The notes under the pieces are model-generated. The model did not search any database. It was not told the origin of the DNA and worked only from the letters and a program-made list of their open reading frames with translations. 64,000 nt of DNA from Clostridia bacterium (GTDB taxonomy: Bacteria; Bacillota; Clostridia; TANB77; CAG-508): positions 1,589-65,588 of the forward strand of contig JAAWKA010000007.1 of the NCBI GenBank assembly GCA_022797145.1, in the 5' to 3' direction. Both the position numbers and the translations under genes were made by a program. Below, piece by piece: positions 52,847 through 64,000 of the stretch; positions within the stretch are counted from its first letter, which is position 1, and the number at the start of each line of letters is the position of its first letter.

Positions 52847-53416
52847 TTAATTTTCTGATGTTCCTGTTTCTTCAAAAGGAATAAATTTATTTACTATATT
52901 TTTTACTGGTTCTATATTATCAATCTCAAATTCTTTAAAAGATGCATTTATTTTATTCTCTATTAGTCCTTCTATTTCATCTGGTGATGAATTTTCTACA
53001 AGCACTAATTCACTTACTAATATTTGTTTTGCATTTGATAACATCTTTTTTTCTCCTGTAGATAATCCTTTTTCTTTTTGCTTAAAAGACAGATTCCTTA
53101 CTACATCTGCAATTTCATAAATATCTCCACTTTTCATTTTGTCCATATTATCTCTATATCTTTTATTCCAATTCATTGACATTTCTGTTTTTTCTTCTTC
53201 TAGTAATTCAAAAACCTTATTTGCTGAATTTTTATCTATTATATTTCTTACACCTATTTCTTCTGCCTTATTTGTTGGCACCATTACTTTTACTTCTCCT
53301 GGCATTTTTAGTATGTAATATGATTGCTTTTCTCCTAATATACTTTTTTCCTCTATTGCATCTATTATCCCTGCCCCATGCATTGGGTATACTATATGGT
53401 CTCCTATATTAAACAT
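52847..53416 (-). CDS. CarD-family transcriptional regulator
   Basis: MFNIGDHIVYPMHGAGIIDAIEEK...YYILKMP matches the CarD_CdnL_TRCF N-domain. Start set at ATG 53416 after GGAAGGAG; the track ORF extends to 53497. Confidence 0.85.
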   Translation of the reverse strand: MFNIGDHIVYPMHGAGIIDAIEEKSILGEKQSYYILKMPGEVKVMVPTNKAEEIGVRNIIDKNSANKVFELLEEEKTEMSMNWNKRYRDNMDKMKSGDIYEIADVVRNLSFKQKEKGLSTGEKKMLSNAKQILVSELVLVENSSPDEIEGLIENKINASFKEFEIDNIEPVKNIVNKFIPFEETGTSEN

Positions 53417-53632
53417 GTATAATCTCCTTCCTGAAAACACTAAATTTAATTTATAAAATATATTTTTATTGGTTATTAAAAATGTGACAGCAGTCACTTA
53501 AGAAAAGCTATAAAGTTCGATAAAAACTTTTCTCTAAAATAAAATATAAGCATTTACTTTTATTTTTTAACCATATTTATTATACAACAAAAAATACCAA
53601 AAGTCAAAAACTTTTGGTATTTTTTTCTTATA

Positions 53633-54094
53633 TTATTTATTAGTTGAACCAAATCCACCTGTTCTTTCTCCTTGTGCTTCATCATTATCTACTATTAAGT
53701 ATTTTTGAAAGATTCCCTGCCCTATAGCTTCTCCTTTTTTTATTTGAACATCTTCTTCTTTTATATTATAAAATGCAAACATTATATGTCCATCATTATC
53801 TAAATTTTCATAATAATCTTTATCTATTACTCCTACACTATTTGCTAAAATTAATCCCTTTTTCTTTGGATTTGAACTTCTATTATATAATAATAATACT
53901 TCATCTTCTTTCATATAGGCTTTTAATCCCGTTTTGACAAGTGTTGGATTCATACCTTTTTTAAAACTTGGTATTATAACATCTTCTGCTGCTTCCATAT
54001 CATATCCTGCTGAATATTTTGTCTTTCTTATAGGTAAATTTATTCCTTTTTCTTCAAAACCTTTTGCTACTTCAAAACCTCTTAATTTTTCCAT
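53633..54094 (-). CDS. dut: dUTP diphosphatase
   Basis: SAGYDM, GVIDKDY and C-terminal RTGGFGST motifs. Confidence 0.9.
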   Translation of the reverse strand: MEKLRGFEVAKGFEEKGINLPIRKTKYSAGYDMEAAEDVIIPSFKKGMNPTLVKTGLKAYMKEDEVLLLYNRSSNPKKKGLILANSVGVIDKDYYENLDNDGHIMFAFYNIKEEDVQIKKGEAIGQGIFQKYLIVDNDEAQGERTGGFGSTNK

Positions 54095-54152
54095 CTCTTT
54101 CTCCTTATTTTTGTTTTTTTGTTATTCTATTATATTCATCCCTTTTTGTCAA

Positions 54153-54566
54153 TTATTTCTTAATGTTTACCCCTACTATTCCTCCTATCATTCCAGAAAT
54201 TATAGAAAAAATTATCATTATTAATGAATATATATTTATACTAAATCCTGTCTCAATGCTACTTGAACATATATATATTATCCCTATATATACTAGCCCC
54301 ACTATTCCTCCATTTAATATTCCATTCTTTTTTATATGTATCATACTAATTGAAGTACCTAGTAATATACTAATTGTAGTTACTATTATTATAACTGGGC
54401 CTATTGTTTGTTCTTGTATATTTGTATATGTTAATAATACTGAAAATATGAATAATAATACTAACGTAAATAAAAATGAAATTATAATTCCTTTAAATAT
54501 TGTTATTACACTATTCCCTTGTTCTTTATTCGTGTTTTCTTTCATATTTTTCATATTTACCTCCAT
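54153..54566 (-). CDS. Small multi-pass membrane protein (TIGR04086/YrzE-like by recollection)
   Basis: Four hydrophobic helices, same strand as neighbours. Preferred over the overlapping plus-strand ORF 54064-54675. Confidence 0.6.
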   Translation of the reverse strand: MEVNMKNMKENTNKEQGNSVITIFKGIIISFLFTLVLLFIFSVLLTYTNIQEQTIGPVIIIVTTISILLGTSISMIHIKKNGILNGGIVGLVYIGIIYICSSSIETGFSINIYSLIMIIFSIISGMIGGIVGVNIKK

Positions 54567-54671
54567 ATTATATTCTTTTATTAAATATATATGGAACTTA
54601 GTCTTTTTTAGAACATATTTTTATTTAAAAAATAAAACAAGGCATACCCTGTTTTATTTTTTAATATTATA

Positions 54672-56048
54672 TTAATTTGTTGCAACATCTGTTGGTTTTT
54701 TCTTTCCTGTTCTTTTATATAACTCTTCTATATATTGTTCAATATTAATTACCTTATTGTTATTTTCCATATAGTATGTTTCTACTCCAGCATCTGTTAT
54801 AGAATATGCACTATCAAGAGCATATGGTATTATTTGATTTCCTTCATAATCATAAATTGCATATCTATTTATTTTATCAAAAGTCTTTCCTACTACTATT
54901 GCTTTATAACTTGGAATTATTAATAAGTTATTTACAACTTTTCCTGTTATATTTCCTTGATTTGAATAATTATATCCCATTATATCTATCTCTGTATCTA
55001 CTAACAACTTACCCGTTTTATCAAATAATCCCCATTTTTTATTTCTATATACTGGTATTATATTATCTAATAATAGATATTTATTTTTTATATTATTATT
55101 TTGAAATTTTACTGTATCTACTCCTATTTGATCATATTCTAAATGTATTACTATATTTCCTGTATTGCCTAATACTCCATATTTTTTATTACTTTGCACT
55201 AAGTATAATCCTGTTTGTTTATCCAACATTTCTATTTCATCATATAACAAATTTATTTTTGTTCTGCCATCTTCTGTAACAATTCCCACTTTATTTGTAG
55301 TATCCATAACATAAAATTCTCTAGCATTTTCATTAAATTGCATATTTTTATATTTTGGACTTATAATTTCTTTATTATCATTTGTTATTACTCCATATAG
55401 TGCATTAGGATGTTTTACTACAAACATTCCATATAAAATTGCTTTTTGATTTTCAAATGTTAATTCAGATATTTTCTCATATCCTTGTTTTGACATAGCT
55501 GTTTCATAATATGTTATTAAATATGGTAATGTAAATATCTGTATATTTTTCTCCTTATTATATGTGAATGTAACATTAAATCCTATCTTTACTCCTTCTG
55601 GTGAACAATATAGCTTTCCATTTCTACTTATTACTGGATCTTCTATTGTATAGTCTTCATAATCCCTTGTTTGATCTGGTACTACTTTAGATATTTTATT
55701 TGAATTTAGAAAAAATGAAGCAGTTTCACTATTGCAATCCACATAACCTTTATTTACATCTTCTGAATATAACTTATATTCACCATTATGATATTTATAT
55801 CCTAAATATTCTGCTATATCTTTTATAGATATGTATATTTTACCTGTTTCTTCTATTATTATAGTATCTTTAGGTAAATTTACTACCTTTCCATCTATAT
55901 ATATTCTAAATGCAGTTTGTTGTATATATATTATTCCCCCCACTATTATTATAATTATTACAGATATTATTGCTATTAATATAAGTAATATTTTAGGTAT
56001 ATTATTTCTTTTTTCTGATACTTCATTGCCTAAACCACTTAAGTTCAT
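54672..56048 (-). CDS. Membrane-anchored WG-repeat (KWG) protein
   Basis: N-terminal TM helix. Repeated KYGVLGNTGNIVI and KWGLFDKTGKLLV units. Confidence 0.6.
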   Translation of the reverse strand: MNLSGLGNEVSEKRNNIPKILLILIAIISVIIIIIVGGIIYIQQTAFRIYIDGKVVNLPKDTIIIEETGKIYISIKDIAEYLGYKYHNGEYKLYSEDVNKGYVDCNSETASFFLNSNKISKVVPDQTRDYEDYTIEDPVISRNGKLYCSPEGVKIGFNVTFTYNKEKNIQIFTLPYLITYYETAMSKQGYEKISELTFENQKAILYGMFVVKHPNALYGVITNDNKEIISPKYKNMQFNENAREFYVMDTTNKVGIVTEDGRTKINLLYDEIEMLDKQTGLYLVQSNKKYGVLGNTGNIVIHLEYDQIGVDTVKFQNNNIKNKYLLLDNIIPVYRNKKWGLFDKTGKLLVDTEIDIMGYNYSNQGNITGKVVNNLLIIPSYKAIVVGKTFDKINRYAIYDYEGNQIIPYALDSAYSITDAGVETYYMENNNKVINIEQYIEELYKRTGKKKPTDVATN

Positions 56049-56063
56049 GCCTTTCCTCCTTTA

Positions 56064-57212
<1,149 letters not shown>

Positions 57213-58235
57213 TTAATTAATAAACATTGCATCTCCAAAGCTAAAAAATCTATATTTCTGTTTTATAGCCTGCTTATATGCATCTATTATATACTCTCTT
57301 CCTGCTAATGCTGATACTAACATTAATAATGTTGATTCTGGTAAATGAAAGTTTGTTATTAGTCCATCTATACATTTAAATTTATATCCTGGATATATAA
57401 ATATTTTTGTATCTGCTTGAGTTTGTTTTACTCTTCCGTTTTCATCTGCTATTGTTTCTAATACCCTACAAGATGTAGTTCCAACTGCAATTACTCTATT
57501 TCCATTTTGTTTGGCTTTATTTATTTTGTCTACATCCTCTTTTTTTATGTAAAAATGTTCTGAATGCATCTCATGTTCTTCTACTTTATTTACTTTAACT
57601 GGTCTAAATGTTCCAATTCCAACATGTAGTGTAACATTTGCAATTTCTATACCTTTTTTTTCTACTTTATTTATTAACTCTTTTGTAAAATGTAATCCTG
57701 CTGTTGGTGCTGCTGCTGATCCTTCATTTTTTGCATATACTGTTTGATATCTATCTTTTTTTTCTAGCTCCTCATGTATATATGGTGGTAATGGCATTAA
57801 TCCAATTTTATCTAATATTTCATTAAATATCCCTCTATAGTAAAACTTAACTTTTCTAGTTCCTCCTTGCATTACTTCTAATACTTCTGCTTCTAACAAT
57901 CCATTTCCAAATATTACTCTACTACCAATATGTAATTTATTTCCTGGTCTTACTATAGTCTCCCAAATATCTCTCTCTATGTTTTTTAGTAGTAAAAATT
58001 CAACTTTTGCACCTGTTTGCTTTTTTCCATAGATCCTTGCTGGTATTACTTTTGTGTTATTTCTTACTAAGACATCTCCTGGATTTAAATAATCTATTAT
58101 ATCTTTAAATAATTTATGTTCTATAGTATTCTTATTTTTATTTAAAATCATTAATCTTGACTCATCTCTTTTTTCCAATGGTACCTGTGCTATTAATTCT
58201 TCTGGTAATTCGTAATTAAATTCTGAAACTTCCAC
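57213..58235 (-). CDS. queA: S-adenosylmethionine:tRNA ribosyltransferase-isomerase
   Basis: [13 protein letters not shown]-terminus, PPYI and GTTS motifs. GTG start overlaps the upstream stop by 1 nt. Confidence 0.95.
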   Translation of the reverse strand: MEVSEFNYELPEELIAQVPLEKRDESRLMILNKNKNTIEHKLFKDIIDYLNPGDVLVRNNTKVIPARIYGKKQTGAKVEFLLLKNIERDIWETIVRPGNKLHIGSRVIFGNGLLEAEVLEVMQGGTRKVKFYYRGIFNEILDKIGLMPLPPYIHEELEKKDRYQTVYAKNEGSAAAPTAGLHFTKELINKVEKKGIEIANVTLHVGIGTFRPVKVNKVEEHEMHSEHFYIKKEDVDKINKAKQNGNRVIAVGTTSCRVLETIADENGRVKQTQADTKIFIYPGYKFKCIDGLITNFHLPESTLLMLVSALAGREYIIDAYKQAIKQKYRFFSFGDAMFIN

Positions 58236-59620
58236 TATATTATATTTTCCTCCTTTTGTATTGTTGCTATGTTTATATTTTGTATTGCTTTACTTATTAT
58301 ATTTTTTAATTCTTCTATGAAATTTTGTGGTTCTTTAAATTCTTCTATTTTGTATGTTATTTTAAAATCTTCCTTATGAGCTGGTTTATATCTATATATA
58401 TCACTATGAATACCGATTTTGTCTCCTTCTTGTGTTTTTATATCACAATTCATATAATCTTGATACCATTTTTTTAATCCAATTAATCTTTCTTCTTTAT
58501 ATCCATATTTTTCATAATCATGTAGTTGTGGAATATTATATCCATATTCTTTTGAATTTCTTTCTAATGTATGCAAAAATTCGTGTATAAAAACTTCCTC
58601 TGGAAATGCATTTATTCTAGTATCATATTTATATATATAACTTTTATCACTATTTGGCATACGTATATTTGAAAATCCAAGCCCCTGATATTCCATACCT
58701 CCAAGTCCAATCCAATTATTTACTTGTATATCATTTTTATGATTATCATCACCTAATCTTACTATTACAAATATATGATCATAGTCTTTTTTTTCCAAAT
58801 ATGCTTGTATTAAACTTTTTACGTTTTGTGGTGCTACATAATATCCATTTTGTATATCATATGAAAGTGATGTAAGAGGTGATTTCACTGCTATTAAATC
58901 ATATTCTGCTGTCATTTTATTTTTAGTTAATTCTTTACATGTATTTATAAATCTATCCATATTATTTTTTATATCTGTTATATCTGTTTGTGACATATTT
59001 AATTTTACTTCTTTTTTTGTATTATTTGTTTCTACTACAACCTCTGTATTTTCAATAATAAATCCTACAAATTTCCAATGCGTTTTATTTTCTTTGGTCC
59101 CTTTTTCTATTGAAAAATCTGAAAACCAAGCTGTTCCTGTACAGCTATCATCATAACTTCCTAATCTAAATCCAATACTAATACTTGTCCTATTTTTAGA
59201 ATTAAATAAAAATTCTAACTCTTGCCATTCATTTGTTCCTACTATACTTTTTGATTTTTCCATTGTATCTGCAATACATATATTTGCACCTGCATTTGAT
59301 GCTTCCTTTAAAGTCTTTATATTTTCTGTTTTTACCATACAAGTTACTTTATATGGCGTATTTTTTTCCACCTCTATTGTTTTATAGAACATAGCATCAT
59401 TATTCTTTTCTGAAATTATTTTATAACTATTTGCTTCTGAAAATTTAACTTCTTCATCTCTTTTAAATTCAGAGACTTCTGGAATATATTCAGCTTTTAT
59501 AAAATCATTAAAGTTCTCTTTTCTACATATATTATATAATTTTATAATAGCATAAATTATAACTATTATAATTAAAATATACATTATTTTACCTAAAATT
59601 TTTCCTGTTTGATTGTTCAA
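58235..59620 (-). CDS. Membrane-anchored putative zinc metallopeptidase (HExxH) with beta-sandwich N-domain
   Basis: N-terminal TM helix. HEFLH motif within [12 protein letters not shown]. Family not otherwise recognised. Confidence 0.5.
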   Translation of the reverse strand: MNNQTGKILGKIMYILIIIVIIYAIIKLYNICRKENFNDFIKAEYIPEVSEFKRDEEVKFSEANSYKIISEKNNDAMFYKTIEVEKNTPYKVTCMVKTENIKTLKEASNAGANICIADTMEKSKSIVGTNEWQELEFLFNSKNRTSISIGFRLGSYDDSCTGTAWFSDFSIEKGTKENKTHWKFVGFIIENTEVVVETNNTKKEVKLNMSQTDITDIKNNMDRFINTCKELTKNKMTAEYDLIAVKSPLTSLSYDIQNGYYVAPQNVKSLIQAYLEKKDYDHIFVIVRLGDDNHKNDIQVNNWIGLGGMEYQGLGFSNIRMPNSDKSYIYKYDTRINAFPEEVFIHEFLHTLERNSKEYGYNIPQLHDYEKYGYKEERLIGLKKWYQDYMNCDIKTQEGDKIGIHSDIYRYKPAHKEDFKITYKIEEFKEPQNFIEELKNIISKAIQNINIATIQKEENII

Positions 59621-59766
59621 GATATTTCCCCCATAATATTCTTATTAATAATTCTTTACTATTATACTAAAATAAATTTTATTTAACAATCTGTTTAATG
59701 AAATTTATATCTATATATTAAAAATAGAGAAGTTTTACTTAAATCAAGACTCCTCTATTTTTTGTT

Positions 59767-60120
59767 TTAATTTACATCTATATTATCTATTAATTCTTTA
59801 CATTCTCTCCAATTAGATACTTTTATACATTCATAATCCTTTTGCAATTTTTCTAAAATTTGCATTGTTTTATCACTTGAATCCAAATCTGCTACTATTA
59901 TATCTTTTATATTATCTTCTTTTCCATATAAAAATCTAAATAGTATTGTTCTTATAAATCCTTCTATTTTATTTTCTTGATTTTTTACAGCTATTATCAT
60001 ATAAATTCCGTCTGTTTTTAAATTAGTATATGAAAATATGTACATTGTTGTTTTTATTATCTCAAATAGTCCATATAATGCTAGAGTCCATATGGTAGCA
60101 TTTAGTATAAAATTCCACAT
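59767..60120 (-). CDS. Hypothetical membrane-anchored protein (117 aa)
   Basis: N-terminal hydrophobic helix. ORF with SD-like AAGGAGG upstream. Confidence 0.45.
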   Translation of the reverse strand: MWNFILNATIWTLALYGLFEIIKTTMYIFSYTNLKTDGIYMIIAVKNQENKIEGFIRTILFRFLYGKEDNIKDIIVADLDSSDKTMQILEKLQKDYECIKVSNWRECKELIDNIDVN

Positions 60121-60294
60121 TTTACTACCTCCTTTGAATTATAATATGAGTTTTTAGCATATTTTGTTCTTCATTTTTTTATTTTATATTTTATTTATAT
60201 TCTTTTTTATTTTTGTATTGCCTTCTATATTTTCTTATGTTATTATTATTTATGGATATATTAATATCCATTATCACTTAAAAAGGAGGTTTTT

Positions 60295-62529
60295 ATGGAA
60301 TTTAAACAATGGGATGGTTTTAAAAAAGGTGAATGGCAAAAAGAAATTGATGTTAGGGGATTTATTCAAGAAAATTATACACCTTATGAAGGAGATGCTA
60401 ATTTTCTTGCTGAAGCTACTGAAAATACAAATAAATTATGGGAAGAAGTTTTAAAACTTTATGAAAAAGAAAGAGCAAATGGTGGAGTTCTAGATGCTGA
60501 TACTGTTACTCCTTCTGCTGTTAATGCTTATAATGCAGGTTATATAAAAAAGGAATTAGAACAAATTGTAGGATTACAAACTGATGCTCCTTTAAAAAGA
60601 GCAATTATGCCAAATGGTGGTATTAAGATTGTTGAAAAATCTTGTGAAGCTTATGGTTTAAAAGTTGATGAAGAAACAGATAGAATTTTTAATAATTTTA
60701 GAAAAACTCATAATGATGGAGTATTTAGTGTTTATACATCTGACATAAGAGCTGCTAGAAGTTCTCATCTAATAACAGGTCTTCCTGATGGATATGGACG
60801 TGGAAGAATTATTGGTGATTATAGACGTGTTGCATTATATGGTGTAGATGTGTTAATAGAAAAGAAAAATGATGACTTAGAAATTCTTAATGTAGACGAA
60901 TTTACTGAAAAAGTAATACAAGAAAGAGAAGAAATCTCTGAACAAATTAAAGCTTTAGAAGATTTGAAAAAAATGGCTGCAAAATATGGTTTTGATATTT
61001 CAAAACCTGCTAGTAATGCAAAAGAAGCTGTGCAATGGACTTACTTTGCATATCTTGGTGCAATAAAAGATCAAAATGGTGCTGCTATGAGTATTGGTAG
61101 AGTTTCTACCTTTTTAGATATTTATTTTGAAAGAGACTTAAATAATGGTATTCTTACAGAAACAGAAGCTCAAGAAATTATGGATCATTTTGTTATGAAA
61201 TTACGTTTAGTAAGATTTTTAAGAACTCCTGAATATAATGAATTATTTAGTGGTGACCCTGTTTGGGTAACAGAATCTATAGGTGGTATGGGAGTTGATG
61301 GTAGAACTTTAGTTACAAAGAACTCTTTTAGAATGTTGCATACTTTAGTAACTTTAGGTCCTGCACCAGAACCAAACTTGACTGTTTTATGGTCAAAAAA
61401 TCTTCCTGAAGGTTTTAAAAGATTTACTTCTTATTTATCTATTAAAACTTCATCTATTCAATATGAAAATGATGATTTAATGAGAATTACTTTAGGAGAT
61501 GATTATGGTATTGCTTGTTGTGTTTCTCCTATGAAAATTGGAAAACAAATGCAATTCTTTGGTGCTAGAGCAAACCTTGCAAAAGCTTTATTATATGCTA
61601 TTAATGGTGGAGTTGATGAAAATTCTAAAAAGCAAATTACCCCAAGATTTGAGCCAATTACTTCAGAATATTTGGATTATGAAGAAGTCATGAAAAAATT
61701 TGATACTATGATGGATTATTTAGCAAAGATTTATATAAAAGCACTAAATGCAATCCATTATATGCATGATAAATATTCATATGAAGCTATAGAAATGGCT
61801 TTACATGATAGAAATATTTTAAGAACAATGGCTTGTGGAATTGCAGGAATTTCTGTTGTTGCTGATTCTTTATCTGCTATTAAATATTCTAAAGTTAAAG
61901 TTATTCGTGATGAAAATGGTATAGCTATAGATTATAAAGCTGAAGGAGATTTCCCTAAATATGGTAATGATGATGATAGAGTAGATGAAATTGCTGTTTC
62001 TATTGTAAAAACCTTTATGAAAAAATTACAAAAACATCATACTTATAGAGGTTCAAAACATACTTTATCTATACTTACTATCACTTCAAATGTTGTTTAT
62101 GGTAAAGCAACTGGTAATACTCCAGATGGAAGAAGGGCTGGTGAACCTTTTGGTCCAGGAGCTAATCCATTACATGGAAGAGATACTAATGGTTCTCTTG
62201 CTGTATTAAACACTATTGCTAAACTTCCATTTGATTATTGTGAAGATGGTATTTCTTATACTTTTGCTATATCACCTGCTGCTCTTGGAAAAGATACTGA
62301 TCTTCAAATTAGCAATTTAGTAAATATGTTAGATGGATATTTTATTCAAACTGGTCATCATATAAATGTTAATGTATTTGATAGAGCTTTATTAGAAGAT
62401 GCTATGGAACATCCAGAAAAATATCCTCAATTAACTATTCGTGTTTCTGGGTATGCAGTTCACTTTAGTAAATTAACACGTGAACAACAATTAGATGTTA
62501 TTAATAGAACTATTCAATCTAGAATTTAA
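60295..62529 (+). CDS. pflB: Formate C-acetyltransferase (pyruvate formate-lyase)
   Basis: 744 aa. Active-site CCVSP. C-terminal glycyl-radical motif RVSGYAVHF. Terminator hairpin at 62581-62612. Confidence 0.97.
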   Translation: MEFKQWDGFKKGEWQKEIDVRGFIQENYTPYEGDANFLAEATENTNKLWEEVLKLYEKERANGGVLDADTVTPSAVNAYNAGYIKKELEQIVGLQTDAPLKRAIMPNGGIKIVEKSCEAYGLKVDEETDRIFNNFRKTHNDGVFSVYTSDIRAARSSHLITGLPDGYGRGRIIGDYRRVALYGVDVLIEKKNDDLEILNVDEFTEKVIQEREEISEQIKALEDLKKMAAKYGFDISKPASNAKEAVQWTYFAYLGAIKDQNGAAMSIGRVSTFLDIYFERDLNNGILTETEAQEIMDHFVMKLRLVRFLRTPEYNELFSGDPVWVTESIGGMGVDGRTLVTKNSFRMLHTLVTLGPAPEPNLTVLWSKNLPEGFKRFTSYLSIKTSSIQYENDDLMRITLGDDYGIACCVSPMKIGKQMQFFGARANLAKALLYAINGGVDENSKKQITPRFEPITSEYLDYEEVMKKFDTMMDYLAKIYIKALNAIHYMHDKYSYEAIEMALHDRNILRTMACGIAGISVVADSLSAIKYSKVKVIRDENGIAIDYKAEGDFPKYGNDDDRVDEIAVSIVKTFMKKLQKHHTYRGSKHTLSILTITSNVVYGKATGNTPDGRRAGEPFGPGANPLHGRDTNGSLAVLNTIAKLPFDYCEDGISYTFAISPAALGKDTDLQISNLVNMLDGYFIQTGHHINVNVFDRALLEDAMEHPEKYPQLTIRVSGYAVHFSKLTREQQLDVINRTIQSRI

Positions 62530-62644
62530 TATAATAACTAGATATACTATAAAATGAAGTAGCAATAACAATTAAAAATAAAAATTCCACCTGCTACAAA
62601 AGGTGGAATTTTTATTTAAAACTATTAAAAAGGAAAAAATATAT

Positions 62645-63380
62645 ATGAATAACTTTGATAAAAATACAATGGCACATATTCATTCTATTGAAACTTTTGG
62701 TACAGTTGATGGTCCTGGTATACGTTTTATTGTTTTTATGCAAGGATGTCACTTAAAATGTAAATATTGCCATAATAGAGATACTTGGGATATAAATGGT
62801 GGAAATATTATTTCAATAGATACTTTAGTTAAACAAATAGATAAATATAAAAATTATTTTTTTTCTTCAAATGGTGGTGTTACCATTTCTGGTGGAGAAC
62901 CTTTATTACAAACTAAATTCTTAATTAATTTGTTTACTAAACTGAAATCTAATGGTATTCATTTAGCAATCGATACTTCTGGTTTAGTTTCTTTAACTGA
63001 TGATATAAAAAGATTAATTGAACTTACTGATTTATTTTTATTAGATATAAAGCATATTGATCCTAATAAATGTAAAGAATTAGTAGGTTTCTCAAATGAA
63101 CATGAGTTAGAATTTGCTAGATACTTAAGTAAAGTTAATAAAAAAATTTGGATAAGACAAGTTATTATCCCTCGGATATACAGATGATGAAAAAGACCTT
63201 CTAAAATTAAGAAATTTTGTTTCTTCATTAAAAACTGTAGAAAAAGTTGAACTTTTGTCTTACCATGATATGGGAAAATTTAAATGGGATAATTTATGTA
63301 TTGATTATCCATTATTAAAAACCCGTCCTGCTAATGAAACGGATATTACAAGAGCAAAAAAGATATTAGGAATTGGATAG
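62645..63380 (+). pseudogene. pflA: Pyruvate formate-lyase activating enzyme with an apparent +1 frameshift near 63173
   Basis: Radical-SAM CHLKCKYCHN. The frame ends IIPRIYR-stop at 63187. The next frame from 63174 reads GYTDDEKDLLKL...ELLSYHDMGKFKWD...ILGIG-stop, the normal PflA C-terminus. Confidence 0.85.
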
Positions 63381-63404
63381 TTCTTTTAATATCTTTTTTT
63401 ATAA

Positions 63405-64000
63405 TTATATATCAGTTTTAATCATATCTTTTATCTTATCTATATTTTCCATTACACAATTGTACCCATATTTATAGCAACTATCTAGTTTTTTAGTATC
63501 TAGCAATCCAACTTTATCTGTATATACATTTAATACTAAATCACTCATTTCTAAGCTTTCTTCTGATATTTTGCTTCCCATTATGTCTATTGTTTTCATT
63601 ACAATATCCATAATATTACTTTCCTCATCTATTTGATCTGCATTGAATTTTACTGCAATAACTTTATCTGCTCCCTGTTTTTTAACTTCATTTACTGGAA
63701 TATTATCTAATGTTCCCCCATCCATAAATGCATGACTTTCAAATTCACATGGCATAAATACTGCTGGAAAACTGCTACTTGCTCTAACTGCTTTTCCAAC
63801 AGTTATGTTTGTAATATATTGTTTTTTATCTGTCGCTTTTTCTGGTATTTTATTTGTAATTATATATTCTTTTGAATCTATAATATCTACAGTTGGTATG
63901 ACTATAGGCATTTCTATTTGCTCTATTTTTCTTATTCCCTTTTTATATGCAATTTGATTATAAATAGTTTCTAAACTCTTTCCAGATTTTAATCCTTTAA
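63405..64000 (-). CDS. Patatin-like phospholipase, C-terminal part (gene continues beyond the right edge)
   Basis: AVRASSSFPAVF and DGG (FMDGGTLDNIP) motifs. The frame stays open upstream of the track Met at 63911 to the window end. Confidence 0.8.
   Translation of the reverse strand, partial: KGLKSGKSLETIYNQIAYKKGIRKIEQIEMPIVIPTVDIIDSKEYIITNKIPEKATDKKQYITNITVGKAVRASSSFPAVFMPCEFESHAFMDGGTLDNIPVNEVKKQGADKVIAVKFNADQIDEESNIMDIVMKTIDIMGSKISEESLEMSDLVLNVYTDKVGLLDTKKLDSCYKYGYNCVMENIDKIKDMIKTDI

Noticed and set aside
54064-54675. 203-aa plus-strand ORF.
   Set aside because: Antisense to a convincing four-helix membrane protein on the operon strand. No SD; hydrophobic only because it mirrors a membrane protein.
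60253-60268. Short dyad GGATAT-atta-ATATCC upstream of pflB as a regulator site (Rex/Fnr-like).
   Set aside because: It does not match the Rex or CRP/FNR consensus as I remember them, and 6-bp AT-rich arms are common by chance here.

Overview
Visibly AT-rich, low-GC Firmicutes (Clostridia-like) chromosomal window; GC was judged by eye, nothing was computed. Two housekeeping blocks lie almost entirely on the minus strand. Block 1 (1-23300) carries gatCAB, a cyclophilin, disA-radA, a GH15-like hydrolase, a beta-CASP RNase, ftsK, rsmD, divIVA, sepF, miaA and mutL. Block 2 (49100-64000) carries rpoD-dnaG, carD-like, dut, tgt-queA, pflB-pflA and a patatin-like gene. Between them is an accessory region of about 26 kb. 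At 23.3-25.4 kb it holds two unannotated Cys-rich microprotein genes, an orphan consensus promoter with a terminator, and a divergent ArpU-like activator / LexA-CI-like repressor pair around a 55-bp perfect palindrome. From 25.6 to 49.1 kb, two convergent tRNA genes (tRNA-Leu-UAA and tRNA-Met-CAU) enclose a patchwork of decayed mobilizable elements. Its parts are: a Tn4451/Tn4453-like module (large serine recombinase, MobV relaxase, TnpV) with a type IIS-like R-M operon plus an unknown third gene as cargo; a tyrosine integrase/excisionase module; a degenerate IS3-family IS; two further MobV relaxases; a second TnpV; DUF3800 and PHP genes; an MFS transporter; and two patches of higher GC. The most novel-looking signals are: (1) a par/Fst-style type I toxin-antitoxin candidate (28-aa peptide plus a convergent antisense RNA linked by a ~29-nt direct repeat) at 37.5-37.8 kb; (2) the uncharacterised 217-aa gene coupled to the tandem methyltransferase; (3) a two-hairpin element present in three copies (oriT/RSA-like); (4) seven consecutive hairpins whose loops read GCAA/GAA on the relaxase coding strand; (5) an 11-mer shared in inverted orientation between the orphan promoter and the recombinase leader. 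At least eight genes carry single in-frame stops or frameshifts, in island and core genes alike. No CRISPR array or rRNA was seen. Coordinates of hand-called small features may be off by a base or two. All family assignments rest on motif recognition and memory, not searches.
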